64,000 bases of DNA from an uncultured Ruficoccus sp. (GTDB lineage Bacteria > Verrucomicrobiota > Verrucomicrobiia > Opitutales > Cerasicoccaceae), in NCBI GenBank assembly GCA_965140785.1, contig OZ223519.1, positions 256,001-320,000 on the forward strand, given 5' to 3'. The notes below the pieces were generated by a model. It did no database searches. It worked only from the letters and a program-made list of their open reading frames with translations, and was not told the DNA's origin. Position numbers and translations under genes: made by a program. Positions 46,853-58,023 of the stretch are shown here, piece after piece (positions within the stretch are counted from its first letter, which is position 1; each line of letters begins with the position of its first letter).

Positions 46853-47440
46853 ATGTCAGCGATTTGTGTGTTTTGCGGAGCCAACGACGGTTGTGATGCG
46901 ATTTATCTGAATGCCGCCGAGAGGGTGGGGCGTCTGATCGCGTCCGAGGGGCATACCCTGGTTTACGGTGGCGGACGGACCGGGCTGATGGGGGCCGTGG
47001 CCAACGCAGCGATCGCCGCTGGCGGTCAGGTCGTCGGCGTCATCACGCATCTGCTTCAGGACAAGGAAATCGCTCACCCCGGGCTGACGGAGCTGCACGT
47101 GGTGGATACCATGCACGAGCGCAAAATGACGATGGCGTCGCGGGCGGACGGCTTTGTGGGGCTGCCGGGTGGCATCGGCACCTTGGAGGAGTTCACCGAA
47201 GTCTTTACCTGGACGCAATTGGGCATCCATCCCAAGGCGTGCGCGTTGCTGGATGTTGACGGCTATTATTCACCGCTGGTCCGATTCTTTAACAATATGG
47301 TGGAGAACGGTTTCCTGCGGCAGGAGCAGTTGGATCAACTGATTGTCGAGGCGGATGAGAAGCGCCTGCTGGAGCGGGTTTTGTCCGAAAAACCGGAAGT
47401 TTTTATGAAATGGATGGACAACGCTTCAGAAATCTATTGA
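46853..47440 (+). CDS. LOG-family (TIGR00730-like) nucleotide phosphoribohydrolase
   Basis: VYGGG..GLMG, MHERK, PGGIGTLEE. Confidence 0.92.
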   Translation: MSAICVFCGANDGCDAIYLNAAERVGRLIASEGHTLVYGGGRTGLMGAVANAAIAAGGQVVGVITHLLQDKEIAHPGLTELHVVDTMHERKMTMASRADGFVGLPGGIGTLEEFTEVFTWTQLGIHPKACALLDVDGYYSPLVRFFNNMVENGFLRQEQLDQLIVEADEKRLLERVLSEKPEVFMKWMDNASEIY

Positions 47441-47669
47441 TTTTGGCGGTATATCCAGAGCGGACGAGTTGCTACCCGCTCGGAACCCTAGTATTAGAGC
47501 GGAGTAGCTGTCGCTATTCGCCCCCTGAAAAAAAAGCGAAAAGATTGAAAAAATCGCTTGCATCACAGGGGTGATAGCCTACTCTCTTCGCCTTTCCCGA
47601 AATCCGCAGGATCAGGGCTCAACCTCTGTTTCCCGCGGGTTTTATGTTTTCTAAGCCTACCGATTTTTC

Positions 47670-48053
47670 ATGCCAACGATCAACCAACTCGTCCGGAAAC
47701 CCCGGGTGCTGCAAAAGACCAAGTCGAAATCACCGGCTCTGGTCAGCAACCCGTTTCGCCGTGGTGTCTGCGTGCAGGTTATGACCCGCACGCCGAAGAA
47801 GCCGAACTCCGCCATCCGTAAAGTGGCCAAGGTTCGCCTGACCAGCGGCTACGAAATCATCGCCTACATCCCGGATGAAGGGCACAACCTGCAGGAGCAC
47901 AGCGTGGTCCTCGTCCGTGGCGGTCGTGTTAAGGACCTTCCCGGCGTCCGCTACCACATCGTCCGCGGTACTCTCGACACCCAGGGCGTGGAAAAGCGCC
48001 GTCGCAGCCGCTCCAAGTACGGGGTCAAACGCCCCAAGGACGCTAAAAAGTAA
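47670..48053 (+). CDS. rpsL: 30S ribosomal protein S12
   Basis: [23 protein letters not shown]. Confidence 0.99.
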   Translation: MPTINQLVRKPRVLQKTKSKSPALVSNPFRRGVCVQVMTRTPKKPNSAIRKVAKVRLTSGYEIIAYIPDEGHNLQEHSVVLVRGGRVKDLPGVRYHIVRGTLDTQGVEKRRRSRSKYGVKRPKDAKK

Positions 48054-48067
48054 ATCTTTATATAATC

Positions 48068-48541
48068 ATGTCACGCCGACGCAGAGCCGTTAAACGGGAA
48101 CCCATTCCCGATCCCCGCTATGACAGCACCTTGGTTGCTAGCCTGATCAATCTGGTCATGGCCAAGGGCAAGAAGGCCACCGCCCAGCGCATCGTTTACG
48201 GTGCCTTTGAGCGTGTGAGCGAAAAACTCGAAAAGGGCGACCCGGTCGACCTTCTGTTAGGTGCGCTGGAAAATGCCCGCCCCAAGCTTGAGGTCAAGAG
48301 CCGCCGTGTCGGTGGTGCGACCTATCAGGTACCGATCGAAATTTCCTATGAGCGCCAGCAGAGCCTGGCCTTCCGCTGGATGGTGATCTCGGCCAAGTCC
48401 CGCAAGGGCACGCCGATGCGTGAAGCCCTGGCCCAGGAAATCATCGACGCCTATAATAATACCGGCGTCGTCGTGAAGAAGAAGGAAGAAACCCACCGTA
48501 TGGCCCAGGCCAACCGCGCCTTCGCCCACCTGCGCTGGTAA
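48068..48541 (+). CDS. rpsG: 30S ribosomal protein S7
   Basis: [19 protein letters not shown]. Confidence 0.98.
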   Translation: MSRRRRAVKREPIPDPRYDSTLVASLINLVMAKGKKATAQRIVYGAFERVSEKLEKGDPVDLLLGALENARPKLEVKSRRVGGATYQVPIEISYERQQSLAFRWMVISAKSRKGTPMREALAQEIIDAYNNTGVVVKKKEETHRMAQANRAFAHLRW

Positions 48542-48582
48542 TCGTCCATTTTAAATAAGTAACACCCGACCAATTTTTGGCC

Positions 48583-50751
48583 ATGCCTGCTACCGCAGAC
48601 CTTTCACCCGTCAATTCTCCCAACCGGAAATATCCGCTGGAGTACACCCGCAATATCGGTATTGCGGCCCACATTGACGCGGGCAAAACGACCGTAACCG
48701 AACGCGTCCTCTACTACAGCGGCGTCGTGCACAAGATTGGCGAAGTCCATGAAGGTACGGCTGTGACCGACTGGATGGAGCAGGAGCGCGAGCGTGGTAT
48801 CACCATTACCTCCGCCGCCATTTCCTGCCAGTGGCAGACCAAGTTCGGCCCCTACGACGGCATTGAGCACCGCATCAACATCATCGACACCCCCGGACAC
48901 GTGGACTTCACGGCCGAGGTGGAGCGTTCCCTGCGCGTGCTCGACGGTGCCATCGGTGTGTTCTGCGCGGTGGCCGGTGTCCAGCCCCAGTCCGAAACGG
49001 TCTGGCGCCAGATGGAAAAGTACCACGTTCCCCGCCTCGCCTTCATCAACAAGATGGACCGCACCGGGGCTGATTTCTACGCGGCTGTTGACAGCATCAA
49101 GGAAAAGCTCGGTGGTAACGCCCACCCGATTTATCTCCCCATCGGCGCTGAAGCCGACTTGAGGGGCCTAGTCGACCTCGTCGGCATGCGTGCCGCCATT
49201 TACGACGAATCCGATCCCTCCGGTGTTGCCTTCGAATGGCAGGAAATTCCGGAAGAGATGAAGGAAAAGTCCGCGCAGTATCGCGAACAGCTGATCGAAG
49301 CGCTGGCTGACTTTGACGACGATCTGGCCGAGCGCTACCTTGAAGGTGAAGAGCTCAGCGCCGACGAAATCCGCACGGCCATCCGTAAGGCCACCTTGTC
49401 TCTTAAGTTCCTCGGTGTCATTCCCGGCTCCGCTTTCAAGAACAAGGGTGTGCAGATGATGATGGACGCCGTTGTCGACTACCTGCCTTGCCCGCTGGAC
49501 CTTCCTCCGATGAAGGCCTACGACGAGGACGAAAAGGAAATCGACATCGTCCCCGACGACAACAACGGCAAAGTGGCCGGTCTGGCCTTTAAGCTCTGGA
49601 GCGACCCGTACGTGGGTAAGCTCGTCTTCTTCCGCATGTACTCCGGCACCCTGAATAAGGGCACCGCTCTGTACAACCCGCGCACCCGTAAGACCGAACG
49701 CGTCAGCCGCCTGATGGTTCTGAAGGCCGACTCCCGCGAAGACATTGACACCGCTTACTCCGGTGACATCTGCGCCCTCATCGGGGTCAAGGATGTTGCC
49801 ACCGGGGACACCCTTTGTGACCGCGACCTCGACGTTCAGCTCGAGCCGCCGTCCTTCCCCGAGCCGGTTATCAGCATGTCCATCGAGCCTAATTCCAAGG
49901 CCGACCAGGAAAAACTTTCGATTGGCCTGCAGCGCCTGAAGGAAGAAGACCCGACCTTCAACGTCTTCACCGACGAAGAAACCGGCCAGACGATCATTGC
50001 CGGGATGGGCGAGCTTCACCTCGACATTATCCGCGACCGTCTCTTCCGTGAGTTCAAGGTCGAAGCCACCGCCGGTAAGCCGCAGATCGCCTACCGCGAA
50101 TCCATCACCAAGGAAGCCGACGGCGAAGGCAAGTTTGTCCGCCAGTCCGGTGGTCGTGGCCAGTACGGCCACGCGGTGATCAAGCTCGAGCCGAACGAAA
50201 AGGGCAAGGGCATCGAGGTCATCAACGAAATTGTTGGTGGTTCTATCCCCAAGGAGTACATCAAGCCGCTGTCCGACGGTATCGTCGAAGCCTCCTCCAA
50301 CGGTACCATCGCCGGTTACCCGGTGATCGACTGGAAGGTCCGCATCGTCGATGGCTCTTTCCACGAAGTGGACTCCTCGGAAATGGCCTTTAAGATGGCC
50401 GGTATTTTCGCCTTTAAGGACGCCATGGGCAAGGCTGGTCCCCAGCTGCTTGAGCCGATCATGTCCGTCGAGGTGACCACCCCGGACGAATACCAGGGTG
50501 ACATCGTGGGCGACATCAACCGTCGCCGTGGTCAAATCCAGTCCATGGAAGCCGGCCGTGGTGGCGTTACCGTCATCTCCTCGAATGTGCCGCTCGAAAC
50601 CATGTTTGGTTACGCCACCGACGTTCGTTCTCTTTCCAAGGGGCGTGCCAACTACGCCATGACGCCGTCACACTTCGATACCGTTCCCGCCAGTGTTCTG
50701 AACTCGATCGTGGAATCCTCCCCGCACAAGAACAAGGCCGCACGCAGCTAA
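48583..50751 (+). CDS. fusA: Elongation factor G
   Basis: [35 protein letters not shown]. Confidence 0.98.
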   Translation: MPATADLSPVNSPNRKYPLEYTRNIGIAAHIDAGKTTVTERVLYYSGVVHKIGEVHEGTAVTDWMEQERERGITITSAAISCQWQTKFGPYDGIEHRINIIDTPGHVDFTAEVERSLRVLDGAIGVFCAVAGVQPQSETVWRQMEKYHVPRLAFINKMDRTGADFYAAVDSIKEKLGGNAHPIYLPIGAEADLRGLVDLVGMRAAIYDESDPSGVAFEWQEIPEEMKEKSAQYREQLIEALADFDDDLAERYLEGEELSADEIRTAIRKATLSLKFLGVIPGSAFKNKGVQMMMDAVVDYLPCPLDLPPMKAYDEDEKEIDIVPDDNNGKVAGLAFKLWSDPYVGKLVFFRMYSGTLNKGTALYNPRTRKTERVSRLMVLKADSREDIDTAYSGDICALIGVKDVATGDTLCDRDLDVQLEPPSFPEPVISMSIEPNSKADQEKLSIGLQRLKEEDPTFNVFTDEETGQTIIAGMGELHLDIIRDRLFREFKVEATAGKPQIAYRESITKEADGEGKFVRQSGGRGQYGHAVIKLEPNEKGKGIEVINEIVGGSIPKEYIKPLSDGIVEASSNGTIAGYPVIDWKVRIVDGSFHEVDSSEMAFKMAGIFAFKDAMGKAGPQLLEPIMSVEVTTPDEYQGDIVGDINRRRGQIQSMEAGRGGVTVISSNVPLETMFGYATDVRSLSKGRANYAMTPSHFDTVPASVLNSIVESSPHKNKAARS

Positions 50752-50772
50752 GCACTTTAAATCCTTACCGTA

Positions 50773-51081
50773 ATGACCGGACAACGCATACGCATTAAAC
50801 TCAAGGGATTCGACTTTCGCGTCATCGACCAGTCGGCGACCGACATCGTGGAAACCGCCAAGCGCTCCGGCGCCCGTGTGAGTGGCCCCGTGCCGCTGCC
50901 GACCCGCATCGAAAAGCTTTCCGTCAACCGCTCCCCGCACGTGGACAAGAAGTCCATGGAGCAGTTCGAACTGCGCACACACAAGCGCCTGATCGACATC
51001 ATGGAACCGACCGCCCAGACGGTGGACGAGCTCAAGAAGCTCAATCTCCCCGCCGGTGTGGACATCACCATCAACGTTTAA
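50773..51081 (+). CDS. rpsJ: 30S ribosomal protein S10
   Basis: [16 protein letters not shown]. Confidence 0.98.
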   Translation: MTGQRIRIKLKGFDFRVIDQSATDIVETAKRSGARVSGPVPLPTRIEKLSVNRSPHVDKKSMEQFELRTHKRLIDIMEPTAQTVDELKKLNLPAGVDITINV

Positions 51082-51187
51082 TCCAGACTTTTACTTCCTT
51101 CGAGAAGCAACTTTCTAAACAACATTTAACCCCTCACGCAGGTCTAGGAAACGGGAGCCGGAAACGGTTTCCACCTGCCAATGAGCT

Positions 51188-51832
51188 ATGAGCCTGACAC
51201 TGATTGGTAAAAAAATCGGGATGACCCAAGTATATGACGGTGAGAACCGTCTCATCCCGGTCACTGTAGTGCAAGCCGGCCCCTGCCCGGTCCTTCAAAT
51301 TAAGACCTCCGACGGTAAGGACGGTTACGACGCCATCCAGATTGGCTTCGGAGTGGACCAGAAGGCCCACCGCGTCGCCAAGCCCTTACAGGGGCACCTG
51401 AAAAAGGCCGGCGTCGAAGCGGTCACCGACATTTGCGAATTTATCCCCGACGGGGAAGAAGTCAGCCTCGGCGACGCCCTCACGGTTACCCGTTTCGAGG
51501 AAGGCCAGAAGGTCGATGTCATCGGCACGACCAAGGGTAAGGGCTTCCAGGGCGTCATGAAGCGCCACGGCTTCGCCGGTTCTCCGGCCAGCCACGGTTC
51601 GATGATGCACCGCCGCGGTGGTTCTTACGGCATGTGCCAGTGGCCCGGTGAGGTCATCAAGGGCAAAAAGATGCCCGGCCACATGGGCAACGCCCGTCGC
51701 ACGACGCAGAATCTCGACGTCGTCCGCATCATTGAGGACCAAAACCTGATCCTGATTCGCGGCAGCGTGCACGGCCCCAAGGGCGGCACGGTGTTCATCC
51801 GCAAGGCGATCAAAAGCAAAAAGCAGCAGTAG
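51188..51832 (+). CDS. rplC: 50S ribosomal protein L3
   Basis: GKKIGMTQ, KGKGFQG, KGKKMPGHMG. Confidence 0.98.
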   Translation: MSLTLIGKKIGMTQVYDGENRLIPVTVVQAGPCPVLQIKTSDGKDGYDAIQIGFGVDQKAHRVAKPLQGHLKKAGVEAVTDICEFIPDGEEVSLGDALTVTRFEEGQKVDVIGTTKGKGFQGVMKRHGFAGSPASHGSMMHRRGGSYGMCQWPGEVIKGKKMPGHMGNARRTTQNLDVVRIIEDQNLILIRGSVHGPKGGTVFIRKAIKSKKQQ

Positions 51833-51849
51833 GGAAGGGGACGCCAGCT

Positions 51850-52479
51850 ATGAAATTCAAGATATATTCCGCAGATGCTTCCTCGAACTCGGAGAAGGAT
51901 TTTGATAACTTCCCGACCTTCGAAGACAACAAGGGCCTCCAAGCCCTCAAGGACGTGATTGTGGCCTATCAGGCCAACAGCCGCCAGGGCTCCGCCAAGG
52001 TCAAGACCCGTTCGGACGTCAACCGTACCGGCAAGAAGGTTTACCGCCAGAAGGGAACCGGTCATGCCCGTCACGGCGACCGCGGCGCTCCGATTTTCGT
52101 CGGTGGTGGCATTGCCCACGGCCCGAAGGTCCGCGACTGGTCCAAGCACATCAACAAGCGCGTCAAGAGCCTCGCCTTCAAGCGTGCCCTGTTCAACAAG
52201 GCCAGCGAAGAGGGGATCGACCTGATCGAGAAGTTCGACGTCGAGCAGCCCAAGACCAAGCTCTTTGACACGCTCATCGGTAAGATTCAGCCCAAGGGCA
52301 AGGTGCTCATCGTGGACAGCGAGTTCACCGATAACGCCGCCCTGGCCGCCCGCAACATCGACCGCGTTTACATCGTCGACGCCGACTCGATCAACGCCTG
52401 GGACCTGATGCGCTTCGACAAGATTGTCGCCAGCGAAGAAGGTTTTAACCGCATCCTCGAACGTGCCAACCAACGCTAA
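51850..52479 (+). CDS. rplD: 50S ribosomal protein L4
   Basis: RQKGTGHAR, GGGIAHGP. Confidence 0.97.
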   Translation: MKFKIYSADASSNSEKDFDNFPTFEDNKGLQALKDVIVAYQANSRQGSAKVKTRSDVNRTGKKVYRQKGTGHARHGDRGAPIFVGGGIAHGPKVRDWSKHINKRVKSLAFKRALFNKASEEGIDLIEKFDVEQPKTKLFDTLIGKIQPKGKVLIVDSEFTDNAALAARNIDRVYIVDADSINAWDLMRFDKIVASEEGFNRILERANQR

Positions 52480-52494
52480 GGAACTTTATTTGTC

Positions 52495-52785
52495 ATGATT
52501 TCACCCGACAAAGTTATTAAGGAAAAGCGCGTGACCGAGAAGTCGGCCCAGCTGGAAGCCAATTTGAACCAGCACGTCTTCGAAGTCTACCCGCAGTCCA
52601 CCCGCACCGAAGTGGCCCAGGCCGTCGAGAAGCTCTACGGCGTCAAAGTCGCCCGTGTGAACGTCTTCAAGGTCAAGGGCAAGAACAAGCGCAGCCGCAC
52701 CGTTCGCGGCCAGTACGGGAAGACCCCCGACATGAAGAAAGCCGTCGTCACCCTCCAGCAGGGTGAATCCATCGACACCGTCTAA
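52495..52785 (+). CDS. rplW: 50S ribosomal protein L23
   Basis: VTEKS, KKAVVTL. Confidence 0.95.
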   Translation: MISPDKVIKEKRVTEKSAQLEANLNQHVFEVYPQSTRTEVAQAVEKLYGVKVARVNVFKVKGKNKRSRTVRGQYGKTPDMKKAVVTLQQGESIDTV

Positions 52786-52806
52786 CCCATTTAGCCGCGA
52801 CCAGCC

Positions 52807-53655
52807 ATGGCCATTGTTAAGACCAAACCCATTACACCCGCTCAGCGCTTTCATTCCAAAAGCCGCCAGGAACTCGCCAAGAACGATCCTGAGAAGAGCC
52901 TGACCATCTCGCGCCACCGCAAGAAGGGCCGTAACAACAACGGCCGCATCACTTCTCGCCGCCGTGGTGGTGGTCACAAGCGCCTGTACCGCATCATCGA
53001 CTTCCGCCGCGACAAGCTCGACATGGCGGCCGAGATCGTCTCCATCGAGTACGATCCGAACCGCTCGGCTAACATCGCCCTGCTCAAGTTCGAAGACGGC
53101 GAAAAACGTTACATCCTTTGCCCGCGCGGCCTCAAGGTCGGTGACAAGCTTCTGAGCACTAACGGCGAAGTCGAGGAGTTCACTCCCGGCCTCTGTGTGC
53201 CGCTGAAGATTATTCCGCCCTCCACGCAGATTCACGCGATCGAGATGCAGCCCGGACGCGGTGCCCAGATCGCCCGTTCTGCCGGCCAGTCGGCCCAGCT
53301 CATTTCGGTCGAAGGCACCCGCGCCACGATCAAGATGCCCTCCGGTGAAATTCGCATGGTTCACTCCAACTGCCGCGCCACTATCGGCCGCGTCGGTAAC
53401 GAGGAGCACGAAAGCCTCAGCGCCGGCAAGGCCGGTCGCAACCGCTGGAAGGGCAAGCGCCCCCGCGTCCGTGGTGTGGCCATGAACCCTGTCGATCACC
53501 CCATGGGTGGTGGTGAAGCCAAGACCTCCGGTGGCGGCCATCCGGTTTCCCCGTGGGGCCAGCTCTCGAAGGGCTTCCCGACCCGTACCAAGTCCAAGCC
53601 CTCCAACTCGATGATCCTTGTCCGTCGCAACGGCAAGAAGATGAAGCGCAAGTAA
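52807..53655 (+). CDS. rplB: 50S ribosomal protein L2
   Basis: [28 protein letters not shown]. Confidence 0.98.
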   Translation: MAIVKTKPITPAQRFHSKSRQELAKNDPEKSLTISRHRKKGRNNNGRITSRRRGGGHKRLYRIIDFRRDKLDMAAEIVSIEYDPNRSANIALLKFEDGEKRYILCPRGLKVGDKLLSTNGEVEEFTPGLCVPLKIIPPSTQIHAIEMQPGRGAQIARSAGQSAQLISVEGTRATIKMPSGEIRMVHSNCRATIGRVGNEEHESLSAGKAGRNRWKGKRPRVRGVAMNPVDHPMGGGEAKTSGGGHPVSPWGQLSKGFPTRTKSKPSNSMILVRRNGKKMKRK

Positions 53656-53676
53656 CCCGACAACGAATTTTTCGAT

Positions 53677-53946
53677 ATGGCACGTTCAATTAAGAAAGGC
53701 TTCTTCGTAGATCCGAAGCTGATGATTAAGGTGGAAAAGGCCCAGGCCGAAGGGACACACAAGCCCTTCCAGACCTGGTCCCGCCGCTCGACCATCACCC
53801 CGGACTTTGTCGGCCTCAACATCAACGTTCACAATGGCAAGGGCTTCACCCCCGTGCACGTGACGGAAAACATGGTTGGTCACAAGCTCGGCGAATTCGC
53901 CCCGACCCGCACCTTCAAGGGTCACCAGCCTCACACCAAGAAGTAG
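53677..53946 (+). CDS. rpsS: 30S ribosomal protein S19
   Basis: [17 protein letters not shown]. Confidence 0.98.
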   Translation: MARSIKKGFFVDPKLMIKVEKAQAEGTHKPFQTWSRRSTITPDFVGLNINVHNGKGFTPVHVTENMVGHKLGEFAPTRTFKGHQPHTKK

Positions 53947-53957
53947 TTCCACCTCCG

Positions 53958-54374
53958 ATGTTCACCCGCGTACAACTCATCACCTTTTTCTCCCTGCTCA
54001 TGGCCGGGAGTCTGATGAGCTACGCCCAGGACGAGGCAGCGGTCGGGCAGGGGAGTGCGCCGGTCATCGACGCCACTCCGGTTTCTGTGGACCGCCCCTA
54101 CTTTGTTGAAAACTCTATTTATCCGACAGGCCAGACGACGGTCTTCGGGGTGGCGCAAACGCCCGTCACCGATGTGGTCATCCTCAACAACGGTCTCGAT
54201 CAGGGCTTTCGCCTGGGCATGGTATGCCAGGTGTCCCGCCCCGGCCAGAGTGTGGCTGACCTGATCCTGGTCGATGTGCGCGATAACCGCGCCGCCGGCC
54301 TTATTATCAACCTCGAATCCGGCCAGGCCATTCGCTCCGGCGACGGCGTCAACATCAAGACGATCAATCTTTAA
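53958..54374 (+). CDS. Hypothetical exported protein (signal peptide plus small beta domain) inside the S10 operon
   Basis: Fills the rpsS-rplV gap (11- and 13-bp spacers); Sec-type signal ending SYA|Q; VILNNG..G...V.R...I..GD.V pattern. Confidence 0.8.
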   Translation: MFTRVQLITFFSLLMAGSLMSYAQDEAAVGQGSAPVIDATPVSVDRPYFVENSIYPTGQTTVFGVAQTPVTDVVILNNGLDQGFRLGMVCQVSRPGQSVADLILVDVRDNRAAGLIINLESGQAIRSGDGVNIKTINL

Positions 54375-54387
54375 AACTGCAACCAGC

Positions 54388-54753
54388 ATGGAAGTTCAGG
54401 CTCTAACCAAGTACACCCGCATGTCCCCGAAGAAGGTCCGCGAAGTGGCCCGTCAGGTACAGGGACGCCCCGCGGCTGAAGCACTCGAATTGCTTCGCTT
54501 CATCCCGCGTAAATCGGCCCGTCTCATCGCCAAGACGCTGACCAGCGCCGTGGCCAATGCGGAAAACAACCACAATCTTTCCTCCGACGACCTGATCGTG
54601 AAGCGCTGCCTGGTGGAAGAAGGCCCTGCCTTCCGTCGCTTTCAGCCCGTGGGTCGCGGTTCGGCACATCCTATCCGCAAACGCACCAGCCACATCCGCA
54701 TCGTCCTGACGGACGAGGTTGCCAAGCCCGCGGCCAATTCCAACGAGCAATAA
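54388..54753 (+). CDS. rplV: 50S ribosomal protein L22
   Basis: [23 protein letters not shown] at 54388. Confidence 0.97.
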   Translation: MEVQALTKYTRMSPKKVREVARQVQGRPAAEALELLRFIPRKSARLIAKTLTSAVANAENNHNLSSDDLIVKRCLVEEGPAFRRFQPVGRGSAHPIRKRTSHIRIVLTDEVAKPAANSNEQ

Positions 54754-54755
54754 TC

Positions 54756-55391
54756 ATGGGACAAAAAGTCAATCCGATCGGTTTCCGCCTCAGTGTCCGC
54801 CGTAACTGGGATTCGCGCTGGTACGCGGACAAGAAGAGCTTCCCGGCCTACGTCGCCGAGGACAACAAGATCCGCCAGTTCCTCAAGAAGAAGATGAAGT
54901 ACGCGGCCGTGCCGCGCGTGTTCATTGAGCGTGCCGGCCCGAAGGTCCGCATCAAGCTCTTCACCGCCCGCCCCGGTATCGTCATCGGTCGCAAGGGCAG
55001 CGAACTGGAAAAGCTCAAGGACGAGCTGCAGAAGATCACCGGACGCGAGATCATGCTCGACATCCAGGAGATCAAGAAGCCCGACGTCGTCGCCCAGCTC
55101 GTGGCCGAAAACGTCGCCTTGCAGCTTGAGCGCCGCATTTCTTTCCGTCGCGCGATGAAGAAGACCATCATGACCACCATGAGCATGGGTGCCGAAGGTA
55201 TCCGTATCCAGTGCTCGGGCCGTCTGATGGGCGCCGAAATCGCCCGTACCGAACAGCAGCGCATGGGTCGCGTGCCCTTGCACACCCTGCGCGAAAACAT
55301 CGACTACGGCTTCGCTGAAGCCGACACCGTCTATGGCAAGATCGGCATCAAGGTGTGGATCTGTAACCCCAGCGACGTGGATACCCTCTAA
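54756..55391 (+). CDS. rpsC: 30S ribosomal protein S3
   Basis: [28 protein letters not shown]. Confidence 0.98.
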   Translation: MGQKVNPIGFRLSVRRNWDSRWYADKKSFPAYVAEDNKIRQFLKKKMKYAAVPRVFIERAGPKVRIKLFTARPGIVIGRKGSELEKLKDELQKITGREIMLDIQEIKKPDVVAQLVAENVALQLERRISFRRAMKKTIMTTMSMGAEGIRIQCSGRLMGAEIARTEQQRMGRVPLHTLRENIDYGFAEADTVYGKIGIKVWICNPSDVDTL

Positions 55392-55403
55392 GCATCATTT
55401 GTC

Positions 55404-55832
55404 ATGGCTAAGCTCCTTCCTTCCAAAACGAAATACCGCAAGGTCCACAAGGGCCGTATCCGTGGCAACGCCAAGGGCGGCGATACGCTCGCTTTCGGCG
55501 AGTTCGGCATCCAGTCCCTCGAGCGCGGCAAGATGAGCGCCTCCCAGCTCGAAGCCGCTCGTGTGGCCATCAACCGCCACCTCAAGCGTAAGGGCAAGAT
55601 GTGGATCCGCGTTTTCCCGCACAAGCCGGTGACCAAGAAGCCCGCTGAAACCCGTCAGGGTAAGGGTAAGGGCTCCGTCGAGTACTGGTGCGCCGTGGTC
55701 AAGCCCGGTACCATCCTCTTCGAAGTCGGCGGCACCACCCAGACCCTCGCCCGCGAGGCTATGCGCCTGGCCGACGGTAAGCTGCCTTTCCGCTGCCGCT
55801 TCCTCAGCCGCGAAGAACTCGAACAGTACTAA
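55404..55832 (+). CDS. rplP: 50S ribosomal protein L16
   Basis: WIRVFP, RQGKGKG. Confidence 0.98.
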   Translation: MAKLLPSKTKYRKVHKGRIRGNAKGGDTLAFGEFGIQSLERGKMSASQLEAARVAINRHLKRKGKMWIRVFPHKPVTKKPAETRQGKGKGSVEYWCAVVKPGTILFEVGGTTQTLAREAMRLADGKLPFRCRFLSREELEQY

Positions 55833-55873
55833 CAAACACACGCCCAGCGTTTACCTAAACCCAATCCTTTCCC

Positions 55874-56071
55874 ATGAAAGCCGCAGACATCCGCGAACTG
55901 AGCACCGACGAAATCAAGAAGAAGCTCCGCGACACCCGCCAGGAGCTCGTCCAGCTGCGCGTGCGCAAGCAGGCCGGCCAGGTTGAAAAGTCGAGCGAAC
56001 TGCGCGAACTGCGCCGTGACATCGCCCGTCTGGAGACCTTCCTCAAGGCCAAATCCACCGTCACTGCCTAA
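55874..56071 (+). CDS. rpmC: 50S ribosomal protein L29
   Basis: LRRDIARLET; canonical position. Confidence 0.95.
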   Translation: MKAADIRELSTDEIKKKLRDTRQELVQLRVRKQAGQVEKSSELRELRRDIARLETFLKAKSTVTA

Positions 56072-56088
56072 CCTTATTTCTTACGACC

Positions 56089-56373
56089 ATGTCCGAAGAG
56101 AGCACACGTAACAACCGCAAGGACCTCATTGGTGTCGTCACCAGCCGCACCGGCGACAAGTCGGTCAAGGTCACCTTCTTTTACAAGATCGCCCACCCGC
56201 TGTACCGCAAGGAAGTTAAGCGCAAGACGGTCGTCCACGTTCACGACGAAAAGAACGACTGTAACATCGGCGACAAGGTCGAGATCATGGAAACGCGCCC
56301 GCTGAGCAAGCTCAAGCGCTGGCGCGTGGTCAAGGTCCTCGAAAAGGCTCCCATCGTTGGGAACATCGGCTAA
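56089..56373 (+). CDS. rpsQ: 30S ribosomal protein S17
   Basis: HPLYRK, HDEKN, ETRPLSKLKRW. Confidence 0.97.
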   Translation: MSEESTRNNRKDLIGVVTSRTGDKSVKVTFFYKIAHPLYRKEVKRKTVVHVHDEKNDCNIGDKVEIMETRPLSKLKRWRVVKVLEKAPIVGNIG

Positions 56374-56436
56374 AGGAGCTTAGCTCCATATGCCGGAAGC
56401 CGATTTAACCCTTTCACACTTTAAACGGAACCCGCA

Positions 56437-56802
<366 letters not shown>

Positions 56803-56822
56803 CCCCGGCACCACACACGAAG

Positions 56823-57074
56823 ATGAAGTATAAGATCAAACGTGGAGACGAAGTCGTCGTCATCGCCGGCGCCCACAAGGGGCAGCGCGGCAAAGTTCTC
56901 GAAGTGCTGCGCGGCAAAGACCGCGTCGTCATCGAGGGCGTCAACATGGTCAAGCGCCATCGCAAAGCGACCAAGGAAAACGATCCGGATGCGGGCATCG
57001 TCGAGCGCGAAGGCTCCGTCCATTACTCAAACGTCATGAAGGCTGACCGCTACGACAGCCGCAAGAGCGCCTAG
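56823..57074 (+). CDS. rplX: 50S ribosomal protein L24 (short form)
   Basis: GDEVVVIAG..KG, VIEGVN, HYSNV. Confidence 0.95.
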   Translation: MKYKIKRGDEVVVIAGAHKGQRGKVLEVLRGKDRVVIEGVNMVKRHRKATKENDPDAGIVEREGSVHYSNVMKADRYDSRKSA

Positions 57075-57097
57075 TGCCGCGCAAGGAGACCCAAGTC

Positions 57098-57688
57098 ATG
57101 CAGAATACCGCATACGTCCCCGCCCTTAAGAAGGCCTATCTCGACAACGTCGTTCCCGAACTGCTTAAGAGCCTCGGCTATAAGAATGTTCATCAGGTTC
57201 CGAAGCTGGAGAAGGTGGTCATTAATTCCGGCCTGAACGCCTCCCGCGACAAGAACTGGGTGGCCGAGGTGCAGAAGGAAATCACCGCCATCGCCGGCCA
57301 GCAGGCCGTCATCACGAAAGCGCGCAAGAGCGTGTCGAACTTTAAGCTGCGCGAAGGCATGTCCAACGGCGTCGCCGTTACCCTTCGCGGGAGCAAGATG
57401 TACGACTTCCTGCTGCGCTTCATCAACATCGCCCTGCCGAACATCCGTGACTTCCGCGGGGTTTCGCAGAAGCTTGATGGTCACGGTAACTACTCCATCG
57501 GTATCACCGACTCGACCATCTTCCCCGAGATCAGCCACGACACTTCCGGGCGCGAATCCATCGGGATGGACATCACCATCGTAACCTCCGCCACGACCGA
57601 CAAGGAAGGCCGCGAATTGCTCAAGCAGCTCGGCATGCCCTTCCGCAAACCCTCCTCCTCCCAGACTGCGGCCGCCGCCGCCAACTAA
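57098..57688 (+). CDS. rplE: 50S ribosomal protein L5
   Basis: VPKLEKVVIN, FKLREG, PNIRDFRG, GMDITIVT. Start ATG 57098 or GTG 57074. Confidence 0.97.
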   Translation: MQNTAYVPALKKAYLDNVVPELLKSLGYKNVHQVPKLEKVVINSGLNASRDKNWVAEVQKEITAIAGQQAVITKARKSVSNFKLREGMSNGVAVTLRGSKMYDFLLRFINIALPNIRDFRGVSQKLDGHGNYSIGITDSTIFPEISHDTSGRESIGMDITIVTSATTDKEGRELLKQLGMPFRKPSSSQTAAAAAN

Positions 57689-57697
57689 TTTACCAGC

Positions 57698-58003
57698 ATG
57701 GCTAAGAAAAGCTCCATTGCCCGCAACAAGAAGCGTGAACGCCTCGTCGAAAAGTACGCGGCCAAGCGCGCGGAACTCAAGGCGATCCTCGCCGACCCGG
57801 AAACGACCGACGAGGCCTACTGGGATGCCCAGCGCAAGCTCAACAAGCTGCCGCGCAACTCCTCGCCGATCCGCGTGCGCAACCGCTGCAACGTCACCGG
57901 TCGCCCGCGCGCCTACATCCGCAAGTACGGCCTGTCCCGTATCACGTTCCGCGAACTGGCCTCGAACGGCCACATTCCCGGCGTAACCAAATCCTCCTGG
58001 TAA
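57698..58003 (+). CDS. rpsN: 30S ribosomal protein S14 (long, Zn-independent form)
   Basis: 101 aa; [20 protein letters not shown]; only one Cys. Confidence 0.97.
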   Translation: MAKKSSIARNKKRERLVEKYAAKRAELKAILADPETTDEAYWDAQRKLNKLPRNSSPIRVRNRCNVTGRPRAYIRKYGLSRITFRELASNGHIPGVTKSSW

Positions 58004-58023
58004 CCCTCAGCACGACACAGACA

